Assembly: GCA_963708075.1 (NCBI GenBank)
Contig: OY970194.1
Span: forward strand, 2,976,001 to 3,040,000
Reading direction: 5' to 3'
Origin: Sedimentisphaerales bacterium
GTDB taxonomy: Bacteria > Planctomycetota > Phycisphaerae > Sedimentisphaerales > Anaerobacaceae
DNA: 64,000 nucleotides
The notes under the pieces were generated by a model that worked only from the letters and a program-made list of their open reading frames with translations, did no database searches and was not told where the DNA came from. Below, piece by piece: positions 26,761 through 37,440 of this stretch. Each line of letters starts with the position of its first letter. The stretch's first letter is position 1. Made by a program: the position numbers and the translations under genes.

Positions 26761-28860
26761 TTACCGCATGAAGAGCATCTCGGCGTAGCTGGGCAGCGGC
26801 CAGAGGCGGGCATCGACAATGGTTTCGAGCTCGTCGGCGGTCGCTCTCAGGGCGGCCATGGCGGGGATCACCGCCTCATGGTAGCTCTCAGCCTGCTTCT
26901 GGGCGCCCTTGGTCTTGGCGGCTTTGGCCGTCGCCTGCTCCAGGGCTTCGACATGGCTTTGCATCGCCGTGATCAGGTCGCAGACCCGCGTGAGCAGGGC
27001 TTTCTGCGTTCCCGCGTTGACGCCGGCCTCGGAGACGGAGGTAACGGCCTTGCCCAGCCGGCGCGAGTACTCGCAGCAGGCGGGCAGGATCTGACGCTTC
27101 GCCATGCTCAGCATCGTCATGGCCTCCACGTGGATCTGCCGGCTGTAGACTTCGAGCAGGATTTCCGTGCGGGCTTCCAACTCCTGCTCGGTGAGCACGC
27201 CGTGCTTCGTGAACAGCGCCACGTTCTCCTTGGATGGGACGGTCTTGAGCGACTCGGGCGTCGAGCGAATGTTCCCCAATCCGCGACGCTCGGCCTCCGC
27301 CACCCATTCCGCACTGTAGTTATCGCCATTGAACACGATCCGGGCATGCTTGACCGCGACATCCTGCAGGATCTTCTGCGCGGCGGCTTGCACGTCACCG
27401 GCCTTCTCCAGCACATCGGCAATGTCGCTCAGGGCATCGGCTACGATCGTATTGAGGGTGAAGCTCGGCCCGGACACCGATTGCGACGAGCCTACCATGC
27501 GGAACTCGAACTTGTTGCCGGTAAACGCGAACGGCGACGTCCGGTTGCGGTCGGTGCTGTCCTTCGGCAATGGCGGCAGGGTCGAGACGCCGAGCTTGAG
27601 CTCCCCGCCCCGCTTGCTGCTCTTGGCGGTGCCCTTGACCAGTTGCTCGAAGATATCCGTCAGTTGCTCGCCGAGGAAGATCGACACGATCGCCGGCGGG
27701 GCCTCGTTGGCGCCGAGGCGGTGTTCGTTGCCCGCGTTGGCGACGCTCGCGCGAAGCAGCCCGGCGTATTTATCGACGGCAGTGACGACGGCACAGAGCA
27801 TTACCAGAAAGACCATGTTGTCGTGCGGCGTATCGCCCGGGTCGAGCAGGTTGGCCCCGGTGTCGGTAGCCATACTCCAGTTGTTGTGCTTTCCCGAGCC
27901 GTTGACGCCCGCGAACGGCTTCTCGTGCAGCAGGCACACGAACCCGTGCCGGCGAGCGACCTTCTGCAACGTGTCCATCGTCAACTGGTTGTGGTCGGCG
28001 GCCATGTTGATCGTGGAGAACACCGGCGCCAGCTCGTATTGAGCGGGAGCAACCTCATTGTGTTGCGTCTTGGCGGTGACCCCGAGCTTCCACAGCTCGT
28101 TGTTGACCTCGTTCATGAAGTTCGCCACGCGCTCGTGCAGGGACCCGAAGTAGTGGTCCTCCAACTCCTGGCCACGAGGCGGCTTGGCGCCGAAGAGCGT
28201 CCGGCCCGCCAGAATCAGGTCCAGCCGCTTCGTGTAGAACGATTGGTCAATCAGGAAATACTCCTGCTCGGGCCCCATGGTCGCGGTCACCCGGCGCACT
28301 GTCGTATTGCCCATCGCTCTCAGGACGCGCACCGCCTGCCTGCTCAGGGCATCCATGGAACGCAGCAGCGGCGTCTTCTTATCCAGTGCTTCGCCCCGGT
28401 AGGAGCAGAAGGCGCTGGGGATGTACAGCGTGATATTCTTGCCGTCCTCTTTGACAAAGACCGGCGAGGTGCAGTCCCAGGCGGTATAGCCGCGGGCCTC
28501 GAAGGTCGCGCGGAGTCCGCCGGAGGGGAAGGAAGACGCGTCGGGCTCGCCCTGGGTCAGCTCCTTGCCGCTGAATTCCATGATGGTCCTGCCGTCGGGC
28601 GTCGGCGAGATGAACGCATCGTGCTTCTCCGCCGTCAGGCCGGTCATCGGCTGGAACCAATGGCAAAAGTGCGTGGCGCCCTTGCTGATCGCCCAGTCTT
28701 TCATAGCGTTGGCGATCACATCGGCCGTCACCCGATCGAGCGGCTGCTCGCCATCCAGTGTCCTCTTGAGAGACTTGAACACGTTTTTCGGCAGGCATTC
28801 CCGCATCGTCGCTTCGTTGAACACATTGCGACCGAATTCACCTGTCAAGCAGACTGACAT
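26761..28860 (-). CDS. glnN: Glutamine synthetase type III
   Basis: HWFQPMTGLTAEKHD, GEPDASSFPSGGLRATFEARGY, NGSGKHNNWS, DRNRTSPFAFTGNKFEFR. Confidence 0.95.
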   Translation of the reverse strand: MSVCLTGEFGRNVFNEATMRECLPKNVFKSLKRTLDGEQPLDRVTADVIANAMKDWAISKGATHFCHWFQPMTGLTAEKHDAFISPTPDGRTIMEFSGKELTQGEPDASSFPSGGLRATFEARGYTAWDCTSPVFVKEDGKNITLYIPSAFCSYRGEALDKKTPLLRSMDALSRQAVRVLRAMGNTTVRRVTATMGPEQEYFLIDQSFYTKRLDLILAGRTLFGAKPPRGQELEDHYFGSLHERVANFMNEVNNELWKLGVTAKTQHNEVAPAQYELAPVFSTINMAADHNQLTMDTLQKVARRHGFVCLLHEKPFAGVNGSGKHNNWSMATDTGANLLDPGDTPHDNMVFLVMLCAVVTAVDKYAGLLRASVANAGNEHRLGANEAPPAIVSIFLGEQLTDIFEQLVKGTAKSSKRGGELKLGVSTLPPLPKDSTDRNRTSPFAFTGNKFEFRMVGSSQSVSGPSFTLNTIVADALSDIADVLEKAGDVQAAAQKILQDVAVKHARIVFNGDNYSAEWVAEAERRGLGNIRSTPESLKTVPSKENVALFTKHGVLTEQELEARTEILLEVYSRQIHVEAMTMLSMAKRQILPACCEYSRRLGKAVTSVSEAGVNAGTQKALLTRVCDLITAMQSHVEALEQATAKAAKTKGAQKQAESYHEAVIPAMAALRATADELETIVDARLWPLPSYAEMLFMR

Positions 28861-28935
28861 CTCGTACTCCTCAATAACCCCTGGACACACTACTATCTCA
28901 TCGAAGGAATGTTCGACCCGGCGCACCAAGCTCTC

Positions 28936-28964
28936 ATGCTATGCCCACCCTGCGGCCGTGTCAA
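28936..28964 (-). promoter_or_regulatory. Putative sigma70 promoter of glnN (proximal)
   Basis: TTGACA-17-TAGCAT. Confidence 0.6.
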
Positions 28965-29172
28965 CAGAACAGTCCGGCCGGACACAGTCGAACACCCGTT
29001 CCACGTCGTCTTCCCAAAACCTGCCCTCGTGCAAAAAGGAGCGAGGCTCGTGCCGCTCGGATATCCCCAGCAGAACGACCGGCAGCCTCAAGCCCCGCCC
29101 ACAACCCAATGCCAAAGATCGCATCCGCCCGGAACCCCGGGCAGGAATATCAGCCGATTCTGCACCCTTACG

Positions 29173-29189
29173 TACAAACCGCGTGCCAG
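29173..29189 (-). promoter_or_regulatory. Sigma54 -24/-12 promoter of glnN (distal)
   Basis: CTGGCACGCGGTTTGTA. Confidence 0.75.
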
Positions 29190-29276
29190 ACACGACCTGC
29201 AACGCAGAATTGCCGTAACACACGTCTTTTGGCACTTACAGCACAGGGTTCACGCAAGGCAGGCTGTGCAACTCCA

Positions 29277-29318
29277 TACATTTGTGTAGACTGGACAAGC
29301 AATAAGTACATTTTTGTA
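29277..29318. promoter_or_regulatory. Paired enhancer-like palindromes (glnN)
   Basis: TACATTTGTGTA (29277) and TACATTTTTGTA (29307), 30 bp apart. Confidence 0.75.
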
Positions 29319-29450
29319 GTTTTCCATCTCGTTGGCGGGCTCGGCAGTGCGCGATATATTCAATGTGATGCGTGGCCCCGAGCGGATGGAAGGCAAGCGA
29401 TTTCGGCGGTGCAGAACATTCATGGCGAGGAGAACAGAACATGGCGGCTG

Positions 29451-29482
29451 AAAAAGCGGGCCCCGCCGGGTTCGGCGGGGCC
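29451..29482 (-). terminator. Intrinsic terminator after glnK
   Basis: 10-bp GC stem GGCCCCGCCG/CGGCGGGGCC followed by CGCTTTTT on minus strand. Confidence 0.7.
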
Positions 29483-29525
29483 GGGCACGGAATTGATGGC
29501 TCGGTTGCGACAGAGAAGCACGCGA

Positions 29526-29867
29526 CTACCCGATGGCTTCGCCGCCGCGTTCGCCGGTGCGGATGCGGATGCACTCGTGCAGGTCGAGGACGAAGATCTT
29601 GCCGTCGCCGATCTGGCCGGACTGGGCCCCTCCGCTGATCGCCTTGATCGTCTTCTCCACGAATGCCTCGTTGACGGCGATCTCCAGCTTGACCTTCCTG
29701 AGCAGACTGCCCTGCTCCTTATGGCTGCGATAAACTTCGGCGATACCTTTTTGCCGGCCCCGGCCCAGCACGTTCGAGACCGTCACCAGATGAATCTCCT
29801 CTTCCGTCAACTTCTTGAGCACTTCGTCCAGGCGATCGGGCTGAATGATGCCGATGATGTATTTCAT
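29526..29867 (-). CDS. glnK: P-II nitrogen regulatory protein
   Basis: GRGRQKG, KVKLEIAV, GQIGDGKIFV, IRIRTGE; adjacent to amtB. Confidence 0.93.
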   Translation of the reverse strand: MKYIIGIIQPDRLDEVLKKLTEEEIHLVTVSNVLGRGRQKGIAEVYRSHKEQGSLLRKVKLEIAVNEAFVEKTIKAISGGAQSGQIGDGKIFVLDLHECIRIRTGERGGEAIG

Positions 29868-29887
29868 GTGTCAGTACCCTTTCTCGT

Positions 29888-31264
29888 TTAGTCAATCACG
29901 GTGTATGCGGCTTCACGATGCAATGTCAGGTCCAGGCCCACGCGCTCCTCGTGCTCGCTGACCCGCAGGCCCATGAGGACATTGACGACCTTGAGCAATA
30001 CGAAGCCAAGCACGAGCGAGTAGACCACCGTGATGAACACGACCTTGATCTGGATCCAGAACAGCATCGGGTTGCCATAGAGCAGGCCGTCTGCACCGGC
30101 CGGGTTGACGGCTTTCGTGGCGAACAGGCCCGTGGCGATCGCGCCCCAGATGCCCCCGATGCCGTGCACGCCAAAGGCGTCCAACGTGTCATCGTAGCCC
30201 AGCGCCCCCTTGATGTACGTCACGGCCACCCAGGGAATCACCCCGGCCCCAAGGCCGATGCAGATCGCGCCGACGGGGGTCACGAACCCTGAGGCCGGCG
30301 TGATGGACACCAATCCCGCGACCATGCCGGTGATCATGCCCAGGGTCGTCGGCCTCTTGTGCTTGAGCCAGTCGAGCAACGCCCAGGTCACGCCGGCCGC
30401 GGCTGCGGCGATGTGCGTTACGGTAAACGCGCTGCCGGCCAGGCCATTCGCTCCCAGGGCACTGCCCGCGTTGAACCCGAACCAGCCGAACCATAGCAAA
30501 GCAGCCCCGAGCACCGCAAATGGCAGGTTATGCGGCGGGGACATGCCGTCCGGATAGCCCTGCCGCCGACCCAACACCAGGGCGGCCGCCAGCGCCGTCA
30601 TGCCGGCGTTGATGTGCACCACTGTGCCGCCGGCGAAATCGAGGGCACCCCACTGTCTCATGAAGCCCCCGACGCCCCAGACCCAGTGCGCCACGGGATC
30701 ATATACTAGCGTCGCCCACAGCAGCATGAACACGCACAGGGCGGAGAACTTCATCCGCTCGGCGAATGCCCCGATGATCAGCGCCGGCGTGATTACGGCG
30801 AACATCATCTGGAACATCATGAAGACTTCGTGCGGGATTGTGGCCGCATAGTCGGCGTTCGGGGTCAGCCCAACCCCATTAAGGAAGATCCACTTCAAGC
30901 CGCCGATGAAACTGCTGCCCGGGCTGAACGACAGGCTGTACCCGAACACCACCCACTGCAGGCTGATCAGGCACAGGATCATGAGGCACTGCATGAGCAC
31001 AGAGAGCATGTTCTTGCGCCGCACGAGCCCACCATAGAAGAACGCCAGCCCAGGCGTCATCAGCATGACCAGCGCGGCACTGACGAGCACCCAAGCCGTA
31101 TCGCCTGTGTCCACCGCGGACTGAGCAGGCGCCGCCGCTCCAGCCCGGTCGCCGGCGAGCGTGCAATCCACTGCGCCCGCAAGCACGAATAGACCGATTG
31201 CCGCCAGAAGCATCTTCCCCGCCCCGCCCTCTGGCAGGACGGACCATCTTCGTGTAGCCATCAT
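29888..31264 (-). CDS. amtB: Ammonium transporter
   Basis: GDTAWVL, FYGGLV, DFAGGTVVH, WFGWFGFNAGS, DDTLDAFGVHG (both pore His present). Confidence 0.97.
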   Translation of the reverse strand: MMATRRWSVLPEGGAGKMLLAAIGLFVLAGAVDCTLAGDRAGAAAPAQSAVDTGDTAWVLVSAALVMLMTPGLAFFYGGLVRRKNMLSVLMQCLMILCLISLQWVVFGYSLSFSPGSSFIGGLKWIFLNGVGLTPNADYAATIPHEVFMMFQMMFAVITPALIIGAFAERMKFSALCVFMLLWATLVYDPVAHWVWGVGGFMRQWGALDFAGGTVVHINAGMTALAAALVLGRRQGYPDGMSPPHNLPFAVLGAALLWFGWFGFNAGSALGANGLAGSAFTVTHIAAAAAGVTWALLDWLKHKRPTTLGMITGMVAGLVSITPASGFVTPVGAICIGLGAGVIPWVAVTYIKGALGYDDTLDAFGVHGIGGIWGAIATGLFATKAVNPAGADGLLYGNPMLFWIQIKVVFITVVYSLVLGFVLLKVVNVLMGLRVSEHEERVGLDLTLHREAAYTVID

Positions 31265-31366
31265 ACTCGTGTCCCTTTTATCATAGGCTGACTATCTTCC
31301 ATATTCCCCTTCCGCCCGACAACGCAGCGTCGGACAGGATCGTTAGCTATTACGCAAGCACACAGG

Positions 31367-31383
31367 AACAAACGGCGTGCCAG
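31367..31383 (-). promoter_or_regulatory. Sigma54 promoter of amtB-glnK
   Basis: CTGGCACGCCGTTTGTT. Confidence 0.7.
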
Positions 31384-31472
31384 AGCCCCCGGCCAGCGAC
31401 ATGTTCCTTGCAACTCCTTGCGTCTTATCGACTTATAAACACGCTTCTGCTTCAACTGGCTCCCCGCTAGTC

Positions 31473-31514
31473 TACGTTTCCGTAGGTCCGACGGGGATAT
31501 GGCACATTTTTGTA
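31473..31514. promoter_or_regulatory. Paired enhancer-like palindromes (amtB)
   Basis: TACGTTTCCGTA (31473) and CACATTTTTGTA (31503), 30 bp apart. Confidence 0.7.
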
Positions 31515-31592
31515 GTTATCCCCGCCGGGCCATACTCCGCCCTCCCGTGCCGGCAGGACGAGGATCACTGCGTCAGTCTTCCAGGGGATGAT

Positions 31593-32336
31593 TTAGAAAT
31601 CGATGTCCACTTGAACCGTGAACGTATCCGCAAAGTCGTTGTTGTTGAACATATCGTACGCAAAGATGGCGGATACATTGTCGCTGAATTTCCAGGAGAA
31701 CCCGAAGTTCAGTGCGCCGTACGCGCTCTCGGTTCCCTGGTAGTCCACACACACCCAGAGCTTGTCGGTGATCTCCGTCATCACTCGTTCCCAGGCAAGC
31801 AGGACTCCATCGTTGTCTTCTTCGTCTCCATCTCTGAGCAGATCGGAATTGCCTGCGAAGTATCCGGCGGAGAACCGGCCGAGCGAGAAGTCATTGAGTT
31901 TCAGCGTCTTGGCCGCTTTGGCATAGACCACGTTGAAATTCGTCTTATCCTCTTCCGTCCCGACGTCATAGATGCCCACGGCAAACGCGGGCAGTATCTT
32001 GCCGAACGCGTCTTCCGGGATGCCGACCTTGGTGTTGAAGTAGATCGGGTAGTCGTCCACCCCTGTTCCCGATTTGTGGTCCACGCCCACCTCCGCGTTG
32101 AGGTTCTTGAAAGGCAGCACGCCCACGGTCAATCCGAAGTTGGTGATCGTCGAGGGCCGTACACCCTCAACAGTCTCCGTCGGCACGTAGAAATCGGACG
32201 TGAGGTGCCATAGCTTGAACGGCTGGACATCCGTCGAAGGAGACCAGATATGCGTCGTCGGGGTGGCATACGCACCCTCAAAAGCCACAGCCACAACTCC
32301 ACAACAAACGCCCCACAGCCACTTACGTGACATCAT
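31593..32336 (-). CDS. Putative outer-membrane beta-barrel protein
   Basis: Signal peptide ending AYA; amphipathic beta pattern; C-terminal FTVQVDIDF (terminal Phe). Confidence 0.75.
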   Translation of the reverse strand: MMSRKWLWGVCCGVVAVAFEGAYATPTTHIWSPSTDVQPFKLWHLTSDFYVPTETVEGVRPSTITNFGLTVGVLPFKNLNAEVGVDHKSGTGVDDYPIYFNTKVGIPEDAFGKILPAFAVGIYDVGTEEDKTNFNVVYAKAAKTLKLNDFSLGRFSAGYFAGNSDLLRDGDEEDNDGVLLAWERVMTEITDKLWVCVDYQGTESAYGALNFGFSWKFSDNVSAIFAYDMFNNNDFADTFTVQVDIDF

Positions 32337-32492
32337 GCATATCTCCCGTCAGTTCTACTATTGCTCCGGCCACAGTGGCCGCGAATTACGACTCAGGACG
32401 TGTCCATCCTCTCACACTCCTGCTTACCAGCCACTCGGACACCTTCGCGCAACGAATCGGCGTGTCGAGCCCAAACGGCAGAATAGGCATAG

Positions 32493-32508
32493 GCAAACCG
32501 CGTGCCAA
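32493..32508 (-). promoter_or_regulatory. Sigma54 promoter of the OM barrel gene
   Basis: TTGGCACGCGGTTTGC, full consensus. Confidence 0.85.
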
Positions 32509-32594
32509 GACGTCACACGAGGCGGAGGCGGCCCCTGTTGCGTGCACGGGGACTTAGAAGCAGGCAAAAAACAGGCATGAGTGAATGTGCCAAG

Positions 32595-32636
32595 TACAGA
32601 ATTGTAGGCAGGTGCCGATGCGATTCCACTTTTGTA
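32595..32636. promoter_or_regulatory. Paired enhancer-like palindromes (OM barrel)
   Basis: TACAGAATTGTA (32595) and TCCACTTTTGTA (32625), 30 bp apart. Confidence 0.7.
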
Positions 32637-32689
32637 TCTGTCGAATGCGTGGGCGGCCCATGCACCAAGGCAGCTATTCAAGTGGCTGT

Positions 32690-35600
32690 TCAATCGTCAG
32701 TAACAGGTTCCCAGTGGAGCCGGGGGTAGTCCTGGCCTTCGAGAATCCACCAGATATCCTCCGTGCCGTTGACCGTCTCATCCACGAAGTCCCATCCGGC
32801 CTCCAGGAACGTGGCCGCTGTCTGCATCTGCACCGTGGTCTTGCCCGTCCCGCCGGCGCCGGTGAGCCACCCGCCGGTCTGGATATCCCAGAAGGAAGCC
32901 CGAACCACCCCTGCTATGCGGTACCCCACGAGTCCACCGGTATCCGCCCAGCCGGAGATGCTTCCGGTCGCATAACACTTTTCGATATTGCCGCTGTTCG
33001 TCCCCACCAATCCGCCGACCTTAGAGGACCCTGCAGCAGCACCGATCGCATAGCTGTTGGTGAGAGCACCGTGATTTTCGCCAATGAGGGAGCCGACGCA
33101 GGTTGACCCCGTCACAGCACCAGTCGCATAGCAGTTCACAACAGAACCGACGGTGCCGCTGTGGCCCGTCAGGCCGCCGGTATACTCGTGGCCGCTGACT
33201 GCCCCCGTGGCGTAGCAGTCGATGATGTCTCCATCACTCCGTCCTACCAGGCCGCCCGTGTCAAAGTACCCTTCGACGACGACGGCTGCATGGCTGCGTC
33301 TGACGGTGCCCTCATCCGTTCCGATCAGGCCGCCCGAGCTATGGCCTGCGGTGACAGCACCAGTTGCCCGACAATCCAGGACACTTGCCCCGGCACCACA
33401 ACCGCCAATCAAGCCACCGACTCCCCAGGCGCCCGTGACAACCCCGCTCGCACGGCAGTTCGTGATCACCCCGTTCTCAACACGGCCAACCAGCGAACCT
33501 ACGATGAAACCTGAGGGCACCTCCAGACTGAGATCAACCAGGCTCAAGTCGCTGATCCGGGCATTCGGGCCATCCACGTAGCCGAAAAGGCCCACAGGAC
33601 TCGGGTAGGCGATGAGAGTCTCTCGATACGAGCTGTAGTGGAAATTCCGAATCGTGTGCCCGGCGCCATCGAAAACCCCAGCAAAGGGCAGGCCGAACGC
33701 TCCGATCACGTTGAACGACGTCCCCCGGTAGGCGGAGAGATCCACATCCGCCATCAGTCGAAAGTGCTTGTCCCATGCAGCCGGGAACAGCCCGATTGTG
33801 TTGAGGTCCTCATCCGTGTAGATCAGGTACGGGTGCTGTTCGCTCCCCGCCCCGACCAGAGGTATGAGGCTGAGGCTCGTGATCGGCGTGCCCGACTTGT
33901 TCTCCCAGGCAAGTCTCGGATAGTCGCGGCCTTCGTCAATGGTCCAGGCGCCGCCCTCGCCCCAGCCGAGAAATGTCCCGGCCGTTTGCATCTGACTCGT
34001 CGTCCTGCCCGTTCCACTGGCACTGCTGAGCTGGCTGCCGGCCTCCATGTCCCAGAACGACCTGAACACCTGGCGAGGATTGAAGTCTTCTCCAACGAGC
34101 CCGCCGACATTGGCATCGCCGATGACATGAGCCGAGGCATAGGAGTTCAGGATCGCCCCCGTGCTCTCCCCCACGAGAACCGCCGACACCCGACTGGCCG
34201 GTGACACTGCCTTCGGCGTAACTGCTGACGATTGCGCCGCCATTGACCCCTGCCAGACCGCCGATGTCCGTGCCGCCGGTCACGCTGCCGGACGCATAGC
34301 AGCCCGTGAGTGTGCCGCCGTTGCTGCCGATGAGGCCGCCCACCGCCCCACCGCCGGCGACAGTGGTAGCGGCATAGCAGTCACGGACAGTACCGCTGAT
34401 CATTCCCACCAACCCGCCGACAACCGAGCCGCCGGAGATATTGCCTCCAGCGACATAGCAGTTGGTGATCATAGCCGACCACGCGTCACCTGCGAGAGCG
34501 CCGATGGAGTAACCTGTTCCAGCGTCGATATTCGGGTCGATCAGGCCCAGATTTCGGATGGAGCCGAAACAGACATATCCAAAGACGCCGGCCCCGTTTG
34601 CGGCGATGCCCCGGTAGGTGAAATTGGCAATCGTGTGATGGTTCCCGTCGAACGTGCCCCAGAAGAAGGGTATGATGTTGAACTGATCGCCCGTGCAGGC
34701 GCCCAGATCGATGTCCGCCATGAGCTTGTAGTACTTGCCCATTTCACATGGATAGAGCGCGATTTGACTCAGTTCCTCAGCGGTATAGATCAGGTATGGA
34801 TCTTCCTCAGTTCCATTGCCCGCCAGGAGATCGTCCAGCCTTGTGGGCTCCATCACTCGCCCCGGCCGGCCCTCCCACCCCAGTCTTGGATAATCCTTCC
34901 CTTCGTCGATTGTCCAACCCGCTTCTTCATAGCAAGCATTCCAAAAGAAGAAGGTGCCGGCCGTCTGCATTTCGGCAGTGGTCTTGCCTGCCCCGCCGGC
35001 AATCGCGGATTGCCCACTGGCCTGCGTATCCCAGAATGAGCCGGTGGCACCGTATGTCCCCGCACCCACAAGACCGCCGACACCCTCAGTGCCGGAGACG
35101 CTGCCTGCCGCATAGCAGTTCTCCATGCCTATGCCTGCCTGCAAATCCTCGTGCTCCCCGATAAGGCCGCCAACGTTCCTCTCCCCAGTCACGGCGACAA
35201 TAGCATAGCACTCGCGCATGGACACATACTCGTCCTTGCCCACCAACCCACCGACGTTCTCCGTGCCCGTCGCCTGGCCCTCGGCACAGCTTGTCTTGAT
35301 CGTGTTGAAATAACCGTAGCCGATGAGAACCAGCGACATTTCTGTCGCCGATGACGTTAGCCATAGCACGGCAGCCTTCCACAGAACCATCTCTATCCGC
35401 CCCGACCAATCCGCCGATATCATCAGTGCCCGCCACTTGCCCGGCGGCTTGGCATCTGCTGATTGTGCCGGCGAAATTGGAGCCCACAAGGCCGCCTACG
35501 GACCGCTTCCCCGAGACCTTGCCGTCGAAGGAGCAGCCGCTTATCGTCGGATATACACGGCCCTCTTCCAGGAATTGGGTGGCCGCGGGCCCATTTCTGC

Positions 35601-37290
35601 CGCCCAGGCCGCCGATGTTCTCCTGTCCACTGACAGAGCCGTTCATCACGCGGCAATTCGTGATGCTTCCGGATGCCAAGCAGCCCACCAGCGAGCCCAC
35701 GTTGCAGCCCCCCGTCGAACCGACATTCGGGTCGATCAGGGTCAGGTCCCGGACCTTGCTACTATCTTCGGCAATCCACCCGAACAGCCCGACTCCGTTT
35801 TGGTCCGGACAGGCATATGAGAAGTTCGCGATTCGGTGCCCGTTGCCGTCGAACACACCCGTGAAGGGCGCTTCTTCGTTGCCGATGAGGTGGAAGTCCG
35901 TCCCTTGGAGCCCTCCGAGATCGACATCCGCCATGAGCTTGAAATGCTTGTCCCAATCCTCCTTGTGCAAACCGATCTCATTCATTTGCCCGGGAGTATG
36001 AATCAAGTAGGGATCGTTAGGCTCCCCGTTGCCGCCGCCGTATTCGGCAGGAGGAGTGACATACGTCTTGCTCGCCTCGGCAGTGCCGCCGTAGGCGCCC
36101 AGATTGATTCGCGCACCGTTGGGCTGCGGCTCATCACCCGCCGGACTCGATGGATCACCCGCATCAATGTACGAACTGGTTACATCATCCTGGACCCAGC
36201 TTCCGCCGGCCGGGTCCCATCGGCCCGCCTGGCTCTTGAAGTGATAGTCGCCCTCCACCCACCGGTCATCATTCCAATCCTCCGGCGTTCCATTCGGGTC
36301 CCAGTACCCCGGATTGGCGAACAGCGGGTCGGTGTCCTTCCAGCGTCCTTCCAAGCCCGGCAGACAGTCCGATGGCCCATAGCCCTGGATCATGCAGAAG
36401 CTGAGGTTAAAGGACATCTGTACCGCCTGGCCGAAGCCTATCCACGGCATCTGGCCGCATCCCCCCGGCTCGTTGCCCCATATGACACAGTTGCGCATCA
36501 CGAAGTGATCATCAGGGAAACCATCCATCGAGATGGCGCTATGCCACGCGGCCGAGCGATTGCCGTGGATCGTGCAATTGACGAGCGCGAAACTGCCCCA
36601 AGCCGCTACCCCGCCGCCAAATGCGCCGGCACGATTTCCCGCGATGACACAGTTCATCACCATCGCATTCCCATTGCTAAGCAGGATCCCCCCACCGTCG
36701 TCTCCCCGGGAGCTCCGCGCCCACGTGGGAGAATGGCTGCTGGCTATGTTATTGCAGATGACACAAGCAGTGATGTTCGCATTGGACCCAAAGCACGCGA
36801 TCCCACCGCCCCCGCTGGCGACGTTTCCAGACAGGATGCAGCCGACGATCTGCGGGCTTGCGCCATCGCAGTGGATTCCACCACCGCTATCCTGAGGGTG
36901 AACACTCCCGGTGATGAAGCCCCCTGTGATCGTGAAGCCCTGCACGATGGAATTGGCGTCTTCGGCGTCGTGGAAATAGAAACCTCGATGCGGCTGGTCC
37001 GCTGATCCCTGGCAGTTGATGATGCAGGCTTTGGGGCCGCTCTCGCTTCTAACGGTGATGGCCTTGCCCTTGAAGTCAATATCGCGATTGCCGTCGCCGG
37101 TATAGGTGCCAGCGGCAACAAGGACCATGTCCCCATCTGCGGCAGCGTCGATGGCAGCCTGGATCGTCGCGTAATCCGCGGGGCCGTCGTCGTCCACGCG
37201 GATGACCTTGCTCGACGCATGCGCAGAGCGATGCCGTCATGAGGATCCCAAGGAACATCCGCAAGATGCGTGGATTTCTCACCTCCACCA
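32690..37290 (-). CDS. Large secreted GLUG-repeat/right-handed beta-helix surface protein (about 1530 aa), split by three apparent frameshifts (near 37220, 35328, 34178)
   Basis: Signal peptide MVEVRNPR..; DDDGPADYATIQAAID; repeated VGGLVG, GxGTxxDPYLI and FxGxFDGNGH modules; C-terminal GWDFVDETVNGTEDIWWI..YPRL. Confidence 0.8.
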
Positions 37291-37440
37291 TGTTTTCTCC
37301 TCTCCTGAATCCGGGCCACACTTTGGCCGCCCGATGCCTCCGTCGAACGGGTAACACCGCAAAGAGTACAGATATCGCCTGTCCTTGACTTCCAGCAGTC
37401 AGTATATCACATGCACGCCAGCCGGGTCAATCTCGCATAA

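Noticed and set aside
32690..37290. Programmed frameshifting or true pseudogenisation of the GLUG gene
   Set aside because: No slippery sites, no in-frame nonsense decay, and the breaks share contexts with breaks in other genes, which favours sequencing error
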